From: an uncultured Bacilli bacterium
GTDB lineage: Bacteria > Bacillota_I > Bacilli_A > RF39 > UBA660
DNA: 47,773 nt
Direction: 5' to 3'
NCBI GenBank assembly: GCA_947628065.1
Contig: CANQYK010000003.1
Location: 1 to 47,773 of the forward strand
How positions within the stretch are numbered: the first letter of the stretch is position 1; each line of letters opens with the position of its first letter. A program made the translations under genes and the position numbers. Under the pieces are notes generated by a model that did no database searches, was not told the origin of the DNA, and was given only the letters and a program-made list of their open reading frames with translations. Positions 1-8,625 of the stretch are shown piece by piece.

Positions 1-193
1 GACGTTTTAAGCAATAATTTATGTTATGTGTGTTATTTATCGAACTTACTTATTTTCAAAAACTGTCCGTAGGTAAGATAAATGTTAAAATAGAAAGTTA
101 ACTACTTTCTTTTTTTGTCACTTTTTTGGGTCTTCTCTTTCTTGAAGATAGTATCTATTTTGTCTACAATAAATATAGACAAGGAGAGATATT

Positions 194-2488
194 ATGTTTT
201 CAAAATTTAGTGAAGAAGCACAAAAATCATTGATTTTAGCTAGAAAGGAAATGCGTTTATTAAAACATCCATATGTTGGAAGTGAACATTTATTGCTTGC
301 TATTTTATCGATGGATGAATTAAGTCTAACCAAAAAATTAAAAGAATATGGACTAACCTATCAAATCTTTAAAGAAGAGTTAATCAAAATTGTTGGAATG
401 GGAAAGAATAACAACGATTGGTTTTTATATACCCCTTTGTTAAAAAGGGTCATTGAAACAGCTATTTTAAATAGTAAAGAAAACAAAGAAATAGAAGTTA
501 GTGTCAATGAGTTATTTCTATCCTTACTGGAGGAAGGAGAAGGGGTCGCGATTCGTCTATTAATTGGAATGAATATCGATATTGATGAGTTATATCAAGA
601 GTTTTCCACCAATTTTGGGGATAAAAAAAATAGTGGTTTGAAAAAATTATTAATTGATGAATTTTCCGTTAACTTAAACAAACGAGTGGTTGGAAATGAA
701 ATCGATCCTGTTATTGGTCGGGATGTAGAGCTTGATTATATGATTCAAATACTATGTAGAAGAACCAAAAACAATCCCTTATTGATTGGAGAAGCAGGTG
801 TTGGAAAGACTGCCATTGTAGAAGAGCTTGCTCGTCGTATTGTTGAGAATAATGTACCAAAACCATTAAGAGGGAAAACGATTCTATCTCTTTCTATGGC
901 AGGACTTGTTGCAGGTACGAAATATCGTGGTGAGTTTGAAGAACGAGTTGGTAAAATCTTAAAAGAAGTAGAGGAACATGATGAAATTATTGTCTTTATT
1001 GATGAGATTCACACTTTAGTAGGGGCAGGTGGTGCGGAAGGTGCGATTGATGCCTCCAATATCATAAAACCAGCTCTAGCTCGTGGTAATCTTCATTTGA
1101 TTGGTGCAACAACCATGAATGAGTATCATGAGTTTATTGAAAAAGATAAAGCCTTAAATCGTCGTTTTCAACTGGTAGTTGTTGAAGAGCCAACCAAAGA
1201 GAAAACAAAAGAAATTTTAAAAAAGTTGAAACCTTTATATGAAGCCTATCATTCTGTTGTTATTACCGATGAAATGATTGATTTAATAGTAGAGTTATCC
1301 AATACCTATATTTATGATTATTATCAACCAGATAAGGCCATTGATATCTTAGATGAGGTATGTGCGAAAGCAAGCTTAAAACAAGATCGAAAAGATACCC
1401 AATTAAACAAATTAAATCAAGCCCTTCAAAAAGTAATGAAAGAGAAAAAACAAGCCATTTTAAATCAAGACTTTAAGAAAGCATCCAAATTAAAACAAAA
1501 TGAAAGAATGCTTGCCAGTCGTAAAAATGAATTAGAACTTGCTTTACTAGGAAAGAGAAAGCCAAGAAAAATAACCAAAGAAATGATTGCGGATGTAATC
1601 TATTTAAAAACCAAAATACCCGTTTATGAAATTATTAAAGGAAGTAAAAATACGCTTTTAAATTTAGAGAGTTCTTTGTGTGAGAAAATAATTGGACAAG
1701 ATGAAATTATCAAAGACTTATGTAATTTAACCAAAAAAATCCAATTGGGGTTCCAAGAAAAACCAAAAATTCATACCTTTTTATTAAGTGGGAAAACAGG
1801 TGTTGGAAAGACATTATTAGTAAAAGAATTCGCATCACTTCTCTATGGGCAAGATAACTTTATAAGACTTGATATGAGTGAATACAAAGAAGAGCATTCG
1901 ATTAGTAAAATTATAGGGGCTCCTCCTGGTTATGTTGGATTTGAAAATCATTTTACTATTTTGGATCATATTCGAATGCATCCTCATTCTGTTCTTTTAC
2001 TTGATGAAATAGAAAAAGCAAGTCCTGCTATTTTAAAGCTTTTTTTACAAGTTATGGATGAAGGATATTTAAAAGATTCCAAAGGAAGAAAGATTCGCTT
2101 TGATAATGTATTTTTATTTATGACAACAAATTTAGGTAGTAGGAAAGATCATCTTGGTTTTACCATGGATAAAAATGAAAAGAACGAAGAATTGGAAAGC
2201 TTTTTGGGTGTTGAATTTGTAAACCGGATTGATAAACTTTATACATTTAAAAATTTGGATGAAGAAGCGTTAAAAAAAATTGTTTCTTATAAAATTGGCA
2301 TATTAATAAATGCATTTAAGAAAAAAAATATTGAGGTTATTTTATCCCCAAAAATTGTGGATAAAATATTAGAAAGAAGCGAATATGATAAGTTTGGTGC
2401 GAGAAGAGTGGATAAAGTAATTGACGATATGGTAACGCCTCTTATTGTTGATGCTTGGTATCGAGGAGAAAAGAAGGTAACGATTTAG
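194..2488 (+). CDS. clpC: ATP-dependent Clp protease ATP-binding subunit ClpC
   Basis: Clp-N domain, two AAA+ modules (GEAGVGKT and GKTGVGKT Walker A; FIDEIH and LLDEIEK Walker B), GTKYRGEFEER, RLDMSEY and GAPPGYVG motifs; RBS AAGGAG. Confidence 0.93.
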   Translation: MFSKFSEEAQKSLILARKEMRLLKHPYVGSEHLLLAILSMDELSLTKKLKEYGLTYQIFKEELIKIVGMGKNNNDWFLYTPLLKRVIETAILNSKENKEIEVSVNELFLSLLEEGEGVAIRLLIGMNIDIDELYQEFSTNFGDKKNSGLKKLLIDEFSVNLNKRVVGNEIDPVIGRDVELDYMIQILCRRTKNNPLLIGEAGVGKTAIVEELARRIVENNVPKPLRGKTILSLSMAGLVAGTKYRGEFEERVGKILKEVEEHDEIIVFIDEIHTLVGAGGAEGAIDASNIIKPALARGNLHLIGATTMNEYHEFIEKDKALNRRFQLVVVEEPTKEKTKEILKKLKPLYEAYHSVVITDEMIDLIVELSNTYIYDYYQPDKAIDILDEVCAKASLKQDRKDTQLNKLNQALQKVMKEKKQAILNQDFKKASKLKQNERMLASRKNELELALLGKRKPRKITKEMIADVIYLKTKIPVYEIIKGSKNTLLNLESSLCEKIIGQDEIIKDLCNLTKKIQLGFQEKPKIHTFLLSGKTGVGKTLLVKEFASLLYGQDNFIRLDMSEYKEEHSISKIIGAPPGYVGFENHFTILDHIRMHPHSVLLLDEIEKASPAILKLFLQVMDEGYLKDSKGRKIRFDNVFLFMTTNLGSRKDHLGFTMDKNEKNEELESFLGVEFVNRIDKLYTFKNLDEEALKKIVSYKIGILINAFKKKNIEVILSPKIVDKILERSEYDKFGARRVDKVIDDMVTPLIVDAWYRGEKKVTI

Positions 2489-2490
2489 GA

Positions 2491-2544
2491 GAATACAAGT
2501 TGTATTCTTTTTCTTTTACACATTCACATGGCATATGATATAAT
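2491..2544 (+). promoter_or_regulatory. clpC terminator hairpin followed by sigma-A promoter for cysS
   Basis: AGAATACA-agt-TGTATTCT plus T-run; then TTTACA-18bp-TATAAT with TG extension (2515-2544). Confidence 0.6.
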
Positions 2545-2566
2545 AACGTAAAGAGAAGGTGATTGT

Positions 2567-3949
2567 ATGCAAATATATAATACATTAACAAAGAAAGTAG
2601 AGGAGTTTGTTCCAAGAGAAAAGGGTCTTGTTAAAATGTATACCTGTGGACCAACGGTTTATAATTATGCACATATTGGAAACTTAAGAACGTATCTTTT
2701 TGAAGATATATTAGAAAAAAGTTTAATCTATCTTGGTTATCAAGTAAAGCGTGTTATGAATATTACCGATGTAGGACATTTAACAAGTGATGCAGATACC
2801 GGAGAAGATAAAATGTTGAAGGGTGCGAAACGGGAGAGAAAGTCTGTTTTAGAACTTGCTGAGTTTTATACCAAAGCTTTTCAAGAAGATATGAAAGAAC
2901 TAAATATTAAATGGCCTGAGATTGTATCAAAAGCAACTGATAATATTTCAGAATATATTAAAATTATAGAGGTATTACTTGAGAAAGGATATGCTTATCA
3001 AAGTGGTGGTAATGTATATTTTGATACATCAAAAGTAGAAAATTATTATCAATTAACCAATCATAAAGTAGAAGAGATGGAAGTTGGTGTACGAGATGGA
3101 GTAGAAGAAGATCAAAATAAAAAGAACCAAGCAGATTTTGTATTATGGTTTACAAAGTCTAAGTTTGATGATCAAGAGTTAAAATGGGATTCTCCTTTTG
3201 GTGTTGGTTATCCTGGATGGCATATTGAGTGTTCTGGTATTAGTATGAAATATTTAGGAGAATACTTGGATATTCATTGTGGAGGAGTCGATAATATCTT
3301 TCCACATCATACCAATGAAATTGCCCAAAGTGAAGCATATCTTGGACATAAGTGGTGTAATTACTTTATACATGGGGAATATTTAAATGATACGACCGGA
3401 AAGATGAGTAAATCGAGGGGTGAGTTTTTAACGGTTTCTCTTTTGAAAGAAAAAGGGTATTCCCCTTTAATCTACCGATTTATGTGTTTAAATTCCTCTT
3501 ATCGGAAGGTATTGCTATTTTCTTATGAAGCCCTTGATAATGCCAAGAAAGCTTATTTCAAATTAAAAAAGAAAGTAGAATCGTTAAAAGATGAAGGTAG
3601 TTTGGATTCTGATTATTTTACGATTTACGATGAAAAATTTAAGGAAGCATTATCCGATGATTTAAATACTGCCAATGCGATTAGTTTAATTTATGATGTT
3701 TTAAAAAGTGATATTAGCGATAAAACAAAATTAGAATTAATAAAATCTTGGGATAAGGTCTTAAGTCTTGATTTAACAAAAAAAGAAGAACTAAAAGATG
3801 AAAAAGAGATATTAGAAAAAATAGAATTAAGAAAAAAAGCAAAACAAGAGAAAAACTTTGAAGAGGCTGATCGAATTCGTGAGGAATTATTAAAAGAAGG
3901 AATTCGTTTGCTTGATACAAGAGATGGTACAACATATGAGCGAATATAG
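2567..3949 (+). CDS. cysS: cysteine--tRNA ligase
   Basis: CGPTVY, HIGN, PGWHIEC, DIHCGG..FPHH.NE and KMSKS motifs. Confidence 0.97.
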   Translation: MQIYNTLTKKVEEFVPREKGLVKMYTCGPTVYNYAHIGNLRTYLFEDILEKSLIYLGYQVKRVMNITDVGHLTSDADTGEDKMLKGAKRERKSVLELAEFYTKAFQEDMKELNIKWPEIVSKATDNISEYIKIIEVLLEKGYAYQSGGNVYFDTSKVENYYQLTNHKVEEMEVGVRDGVEEDQNKKNQADFVLWFTKSKFDDQELKWDSPFGVGYPGWHIECSGISMKYLGEYLDIHCGGVDNIFPHHTNEIAQSEAYLGHKWCNYFIHGEYLNDTTGKMSKSRGEFLTVSLLKEKGYSPLIYRFMCLNSSYRKVLLFSYEALDNAKKAYFKLKKKVESLKDEGSLDSDYFTIYDEKFKEALSDDLNTANAISLIYDVLKSDISDKTKLELIKSWDKVLSLDLTKKEELKDEKEILEKIELRKKAKQEKNFEEADRIREELLKEGIRLLDTRDGTTYERI

Positions 3950-3958
3950 GAGGTTGTT

Positions 3959-4645
3959 ATGTTTTTTGAGTATGTTGGTTATTTGTTTTTAGTGGGAGCT
4001 ATCTTAGTTACTGTAATTGCTGATATTATAGTTTCTAAGAATAATAAAAAGTATGGAAAAGTAGAGATTAAAAAAGATATGACAGGATCTGATATTGCAC
4101 GGAAAATATTAAAGGAGAAAGGCCTTGATTCTATTTATGTAGTAGAATCAACCGATATTTTAACGAATCATTATGATAGTAGTCGTAAAGTCATTCGTTT
4201 AACAAAAAAGGTATATCGTGAGAATACCATAGCAGCAATTTCTATGGCTGCCCATGAATGTGCGCATGCAATACAAGATAAAGAGAATTATATTCCTCTT
4301 AAAATTCGCTCTTTCTTACAACCTTTTATTGTCTTTGCGATTAAGTTTGGTTATGCTATTACTCTTCTTGGACTTTTGTTTCAAATATTTCATCTAGCCT
4401 GGACAGGAATTGCGATGTTAGTCATCTTACTTCTTTTACAACTTTTCCTACTGCCCATTGAAACTGATGCTCGTGATATTGCTTATGAACTAATAAGAGA
4501 TCAAGATTTTCTTACGAAAGAAGAACGTGATTTTACGTATGCCATGTTACGATCTATTTCCATGTCTTATGTGGCACTTTTATTAACAACACCAAAAGAA
4601 GCAATCAAAAAAATTTGTATGATTCTTTTAAATGATGAGGAGTAG
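3959..4645 (+). CDS. putative membrane zinc metallopeptidase (YugP-like)
   Basis: LTNHYD...AAHECAHAIQ (HEXXH) motif and several hydrophobic segments. Confidence 0.8.
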   Translation: MFFEYVGYLFLVGAILVTVIADIIVSKNNKKYGKVEIKKDMTGSDIARKILKEKGLDSIYVVESTDILTNHYDSSRKVIRLTKKVYRENTIAAISMAAHECAHAIQDKENYIPLKIRSFLQPFIVFAIKFGYAITLLGLLFQIFHLAWTGIAMLVILLLLQLFLLPIETDARDIAYELIRDQDFLTKEERDFTYAMLRSISMSYVALLLTTPKEAIKKICMILLNDEE

Positions 4646-4777
4646 AAAGAAATGTAGTAAATTATATAAAATATAAGTTTTCATTTCGCAAAAACCAAAA
4701 AAAATGATTTTTGCGAAATGGATTGTTGTAATGTAAACATGTTATCAATAGAAAAAATAAATGGAATAGGAGTAGAA

Positions 4778-5161
4778 ATGAAAATAGAAGAAATAAATCC
4801 TCTTGTGTTAGCATATCTTGGGGATAGTGTGTATGAGGTATATATTCGTCTTTTTTTAGTTGAAAAGAAGATACCAACCATCAAAGAGCTTCAAAAAGAA
4901 TCGCTTCAATATGTTAGTGCGAAGCAACAAGCAAAATTTTTAAGAGCACTACAAAATAGTTCTTTTTTTCAAGAAGAGGAAGAAGAAATTCTTCGCCGTG
5001 CAAGAAATACAAAAGGACACAAGGCACCAAAGAATTGTGATATTATAACGTATAAACAAGCAACTGCTTTAGAGGCCATTATTGGTTATTGGTACTTGCT
5101 TCATAAGACGGATCGAATCAAACAAGTAATGGAGAAGATATGGGAGATGGAAGAATGTTAG
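4778..5161 (+). CDS. mrnC: Mini-ribonuclease III
   Basis: LAYLGDSVYE and ATALEAIIG motifs; position between cysS and rlmB. Start moved to ATG 4778 behind RBS AGGAG. Confidence 0.9.
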   Translation: MKIEEINPLVLAYLGDSVYEVYIRLFLVEKKIPTIKELQKESLQYVSAKQQAKFLRALQNSSFFQEEEEEILRRARNTKGHKAPKNCDIITYKQATALEAIIGYWYLLHKTDRIKQVMEKIWEMEEC

Positions 5162-5859
5162 TATATGGAAAAAATGTCGCACAAAGTATTTTTCGAAAAA
5201 AAGAGCTTTATCCACAAATAAAAAAAATTTATATGGATGAGAATCTTTTTTTGAAAATGGAAGATGAAATACCCAAAGAATTAAAACCGCTTCTTAAAAA
5301 AAGTAAAAAAAATGAGTTAGATAGTTTGTCAAATGGGCTTCATCAGGGTATAATAATAGACATGGCAAAGTATCTCTATCAAGATATTTCTGTTGTAAAG
5401 GAAAAGGATTATTCTTTTTTACTCCTTTTGGATCATTTAGAAGATCCGCATAATTTAGGAGCAATTATAAGAACTGCAACAGGAGCAGGAGTGGATGCCA
5501 TTATTTTACCACATGATAGAGAAGTTGGGGTTTCTCCTACGGTTGTAAAAACAAGTGCCGGAACTGTTTTTGATCTTCCTTTGATTGAAGTTGTTAATAT
5601 TAAGAAAACAATGGAAGAATTAAAAAAAGATGGTTTTTGGTTTGTTGGTACTAGTATGGATGGAGAAGATTATAGAAAAATTGATTATCGTGGTAAAATT
5701 GCTCTTGTAATTGGAAACGAAGGAAAGGGAATGCGTCGCTTGGTAAAAGAGTCTTGTGACTTTTTAGCGACAATTCCAATGGAACATGATCTTGATAGTT
5801 TAAATGCCTCAGTCGCAGCAGGTATTATGATGTATGAGGTAGTACGCCATAGAAAGTAG
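5155..5859 (+). CDS. rlmB: 23S rRNA (G2251-2'-O)-methyltransferase RlmB (TrmH family)
   Basis: LDHLEDPHNLGAIIRT, GNEGKG and SLNASVAAG SPOUT motifs; start at ATG 5155. Confidence 0.92.
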   Translation: MLVYGKNVAQSIFRKKELYPQIKKIYMDENLFLKMEDEIPKELKPLLKKSKKNELDSLSNGLHQGIIIDMAKYLYQDISVVKEKDYSFLLLLDHLEDPHNLGAIIRTATGAGVDAIILPHDREVGVSPTVVKTSAGTVFDLPLIEVVNIKKTMEELKKDGFWFVGTSMDGEDYRKIDYRGKIALVIGNEGKGMRRLVKESCDFLATIPMEHDLDSLNASVAAGIMMYEVVRHRK

Positions 5860-5864
5860 GTTAC

Positions 5865-6482
5865 ATGAATTATAAAGATTATAATGATTATGAGCTTCTC
5901 TATTTAATAGAGGAAGAGGATGAAGATGCTTTTGCTTTATTAGAAAAAAAGTATATGCCTTATATTTATAAAGAAGCCCAAACATATTATAAATTATTAA
6001 GTAGTTATGATTTACAAGCGTTATCTTTTGAAGAATTAATTAGTATTGGAAAAACAACGCTCCATCGTACGAGTAAGTGTTTTGATGAGAAAAAGAATAT
6101 TCTTTTTTATACTTATTTTATAAATTGCTTAAGAAATTCCTTTTCTGTTTATCGTAGATCTTTGTTTAGTAAGAAAAATTATATGTTTTCTGCACGACCT
6201 AAAGAATATGATATTGAAGATGTGCTTCCATTAAAGGAGTTAGAAAAAAATAAGAATCCATTGTTTCTTTGTGAAAAGAGAGAAGAAGAGGATGTCCTTT
6301 ATCAATTTATAGTTGATTTAGAAGGGCTAGATCGTTATATTTTTGAACTTTATTATAATGGATTTCGAAATCGTGAAATTGCAGTTTTATTGGATGTAAC
6401 GGTAACACTTGTTAACAGAGTTGTCTATAAAGTGAAACAAAAATTAAAGAAAAGGCTAGAAAATTATAGCAAAGTAGGATAG
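5865..6482 (+). CDS. alternative sigma-70 family factor (SigH/ComX-like)
   Basis: Region 2-like segment (FD....FYTY) and C-terminal HTH (GFRNREIAVLL); occupies the conserved sigH position after cysS-mrnC-rlmB. Confidence 0.75.
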   Translation: MNYKDYNDYELLYLIEEEDEDAFALLEKKYMPYIYKEAQTYYKLLSSYDLQALSFEELISIGKTTLHRTSKCFDEKKNILFYTYFINCLRNSFSVYRRSLFSKKNYMFSARPKEYDIEDVLPLKELEKNKNPLFLCEKREEEDVLYQFIVDLEGLDRYIFELYYNGFRNREIAVLLDVTVTLVNRVVYKVKQKLKKRLENYSKVG

Positions 6483-6494
6483 AATAAAGATAGG

Positions 6495-7181
6495 GTGAGT
6501 ATAGTGGAGAGAACAGTGAAAAATTGGCAAGAAGAATACCATGAAATAGAAGAGTACCAGAGGGTCTTTTATCTTATGGATTCAACTATGAAATACATTC
6601 ATGAAAATAATTATCAGATTGCAAATTTTGATGGCAATGAAATTATTCTTGGTTTTGATGATCAGACAAAAGAAATTAATTATGTTTTGTATCAAAGTCT
6701 TTTACCTTTTTCAAATGAAGCTGTAGAAGAGATGCATCGAAATATTTATAATCTTGCTTTTTTAGCAATCGGAATTTATAGTTCAACCCTTCCTTATTTA
6801 AAACCAGAGTTTTTAAAGGAAAATTTTAGTCAATTTGAATATTCTCTACCAAAAGATGATATTCGCTATTACCGGGATGTGATTACTAGAAATAATTACT
6901 TTTATTATAGTGATTTTGTAAATGCTCGAAATGAAAGAGAAATAAATACCATCAATAAGGATCTTGAGAAATTAGATGGGAATGGTTCTAGTAAAGGAAG
7001 AAGTATGACAAAAGCAACTGTAGCAGGGCGTTATATGAGTGATGCTTATGATCATGCTTTTACAAGTGATGATAATAAGACAGCTGCTTTTGTAACTAGA
7101 TTTGTATTATCCTTTATTATTATTGCACTTAGTTTATTGATTCCAATTATGGCATATATTTTTGGAATGATAGGAAAGTAA
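6495..7181 (+). CDS. hypothetical protein with C-terminal membrane anchor
   Basis: 228-aa ORF ending in a hydrophobic helix (FVLSFIIIALSLLIPIMAYIFGMI). Confidence 0.7.
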   Translation: MSIVERTVKNWQEEYHEIEEYQRVFYLMDSTMKYIHENNYQIANFDGNEIILGFDDQTKEINYVLYQSLLPFSNEAVEEMHRNIYNLAFLAIGIYSSTLPYLKPEFLKENFSQFEYSLPKDDIRYYRDVITRNNYFYYSDFVNARNEREINTINKDLEKLDGNGSSKGRSMTKATVAGRYMSDAYDHAFTSDDNKTAAFVTRFVLSFIIIALSLLIPIMAYIFGMIGK

Positions 7182-7211
7182 AAGACTGCTTCAAATGGAA
7201 GTAGTCTTTTT
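7181..7211 (+). terminator. intrinsic terminator (second copy at ~7895-7925)
   Basis: AAAGACTGCTTC-aaatg-GAAGTAGTCTTTTT hairpin directly after the stop codon. Confidence 0.8.
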
Positions 7212-7268
7212 CCTAGAAAAACTAACAATATTCTTTTCCTTTTATTAGAAATAATAAAGGAAAGAAAT

Positions 7269-7374
7269 AAAAAAGTACCGAATCATCTTTCAAATAAAGA
7301 TTAAGTAAACCAAGTTATTCAAAATACTTAATCCAATGGGAGATGATTTTTTGCTTAAGATTACTCTTAAGCTA
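7269..7374 (-). ncRNA. candidate antisense antitoxin RNA, type A copy 1
   Basis: Minus-strand promoter TTGACC-17-TACGAT with TG extension (7408-7380), 5' hairpin GCTTAAGA-GTAA-TCTTAAGC, and 3' hairpin with U6 overlapping a 5'-truncated, frameshifted toxin copy. Confidence 0.6.
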
Positions 7375-7460
7375 TACTAATCGTATCATAGGTTTTCTTA
7401 TTGGTCAATTTTTTTGCGTTATTTTATATACGGGAAAAGCTTAAATTTATAATTGTTCGA

Positions 7461-7489
7461 TTGTATTTTTTGTTTGCTTTTGTTAGAGT
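7461..7489 (+). promoter_or_regulatory. promoter of toxin mRNA B1 (copy at 8176-8204 for B2)
   Basis: TTGTAT-17bp-TAGAGT with TG extension; the predicted start (~7496) coincides with the segment that pairs with the mRNA 3' end. Confidence 0.6.
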
Positions 7490-7578
7490 GAATTTATGGA
7501 GTATCTGGTTAGTTGTACTTCCTCCCTTTTTGAATAAATATTTTAAATTTTAACTTTTAAATGGGAGGTGGTAGTTTT

Positions 7579-7695
7579 ATGGGAATTTTAATATTATTTT
7601 TTCTTGAAAAACTAACTAACATTCTTTTCCTTTTGTTAGAAATAATGAAGGAAAAGAATAAAAAAGTACCTAATCACCATCCTACAGAAGATTAG
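7579..7695 (+). CDS. 38-aa hydrophobic peptide, candidate type I toxin (MGILILFFLEKLTNILFLLLEIMKEKNKKVPNHHPTED)
   Basis: Strong RBS GGGAGGTG (7563-7570) complementary to upstream CCTCCC (7521-7526); hydrophobic N-terminal half and lysine-rich tail. Below the ORF-track cutoff. Confidence 0.75.
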   Translation: MGILILFFLEKLTNILFLLLEIMKEKNKKVPNHHPTED

Positions 7696-7775
7696 GTACA
7701 ACAACCAAACATCTTGGAAGTACCTAACCTCAGGGGGTAGATACTCCTTTTTATTGTATGAGATTTCTCTCATCT
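7660..7775 (-). ncRNA. candidate antisense antitoxin RNA B1
   Basis: Minus-strand promoter TTTACA-17-TAGAAT with TG extension (7810-7782), 5' hairpin ATGAGA-GAAA-TCTCAT, terminator GTACCTAATC/GATTAGGTAC plus U6 inside the 3' end of the peptide ORF. Confidence 0.7.
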
Positions 7776-7908
7776 ACTTGCATTCTATCATAAAAGAACT
7801 TGCTTGTAAATAGAAAAATTTGTCTGATCCTTTCTTATTATTGCTCTTAGTTTGTTGATTGCAATTATAGAATATATTTTTTGTTAGGAAAGAAAAGGAC
7901 TGCTTCGA

Positions 7909-8019
7909 ATGGAAGTAGTCTTTTCCCTAGATAAAATTACCAACATTCTTTTCCTTTTATTAGAAATAATGAGGGAAAAGAATAAAAAAGTACCTAATCA
8001 TCTTTCGAATAAAGATTAA
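7909..8019 (+). pseudogene. 5'-truncated toxin paralogue (MEVVFSLDKITNILFLLLEIMREKNKKVPNHLSNKD); frameshifted equivalent at 7195-7304
   Basis: Homologous to the 38-aa peptide from codon ~8 onward but lacks the promoter, leader and RBS; its ATG lies in the terminator loop. Confidence 0.6.
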
Positions 8020-8089
8020 GTAAAACAAGTTATTCAAAATACTTAATCCAATGGGAGATGATTTTTTGCTTAAGATTACTCTTAAGCTA
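7984..8089 (-). ncRNA. candidate antisense antitoxin RNA, type A copy 2
   Basis: Promoter TTGACC-17-TACGAT (8123-8095); same hairpins as copy 1. Confidence 0.6.
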
Positions 8090-8293
8090 TACTAATCGTA
8101 TCATAGGTTTTCTTATTGGTCAATTTTTTTGCGTTATTTTATATACGGGAAAAGCTTAAATTTATAATTGTTCGATTGTATTTTTTGTTTGCTTTTGTTA
8201 GAGTGAATTTATGGAGTATCTGGTTAGTCGTACTTCCTCCCTTTTTGAATAAATATTTTAAATTTAAAATTTTAAATGGGAGGTGATAGTTTT

Positions 8294-8410
8294 ATGGGAA
8301 TTTTAATATTATTTTTTCTTGATAAACTAGTCAATATCCTTTTCCTTTTATTAGAAATAATGAAGGAAAAGAAGAAAAAAGTACCTAATCAACCTTCAAG
8401 CAAAGATTAG
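8294..8410 (+). CDS. 38-aa hydrophobic peptide, candidate type I toxin (MGILILFFLDKLVNILFLLLEIMKEKKKKVPNQPSSKD)
   Basis: Paralogue of 7579-7695 with intact frame, same RBS and anti-RBS, and synonymous or conservative changes in the hydrophobic part. Confidence 0.75.
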   Translation: MGILILFFLDKLVNILFLLLEIMKEKKKKVPNQPSSKD

Positions 8411-8490
8411 GTACAATATACAGTATTTTGGAAGTACCTAACCTCAGGGGGTAGATACTCCTTTTTTATTGTATGAGATTTCTCTCATCT
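8375..8490 (-). ncRNA. candidate antisense antitoxin RNA B2
   Basis: Promoter TTTACA-17-TATAAT with TG extension (8525-8497), GAAA-capped 5' hairpin, terminator hairpin plus U6. Confidence 0.7.
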
Positions 8491-8625
8491 ACTTGCATTA
8501 TATCATAAAAGAACTTACTTGTAAATAGAAAATATGTTTGACTACAAATTGAAAATGTGGTAAAGTAATTGTGGTATTTCCAGTAATATGTGTTATACTT
8601 AAAACTTGAGGAAGGTGTAGTATTT

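Larger units (their letters stand above)
7109..8535. repeat. tandem duplication with ~715-718 bp period (unit 1 ~7109-7826, unit 2 ~7827-8535)
   Basis: Direct alignment: 7300-7560 is nearly identical to 8015-8275; unit 2 begins with a degraded copy of the last ~25 codons and terminator of the 6495-7181 gene. Confidence 0.95.

Noticed and set aside
100-193. CtsR box upstream of clpC
   Set aside because: No GGTCAAA direct repeat; only a short TTGTCTA/TAGACAA palindrome of unknown meaning.
7561-7578. Upstream in-frame ATG extending the peptide to 44 aa (also 8276)
   Set aside because: It overlaps the GGGAGGTG RBS and has no RBS of its own; the second ATG is properly spaced.
7180-8540. CRISPR array or riboswitch interpretation of the repeated region
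   Set aside because: The period is hundreds of bases with no repeat-spacer regularity, there are no cas genes and no recognisable aptamer; the peptide plus antisense layout explains it better.
8500-8625. LexA (Cheo) box upstream of uvrA
   Set aside because: No GAAC-N4-GTTC match seen.
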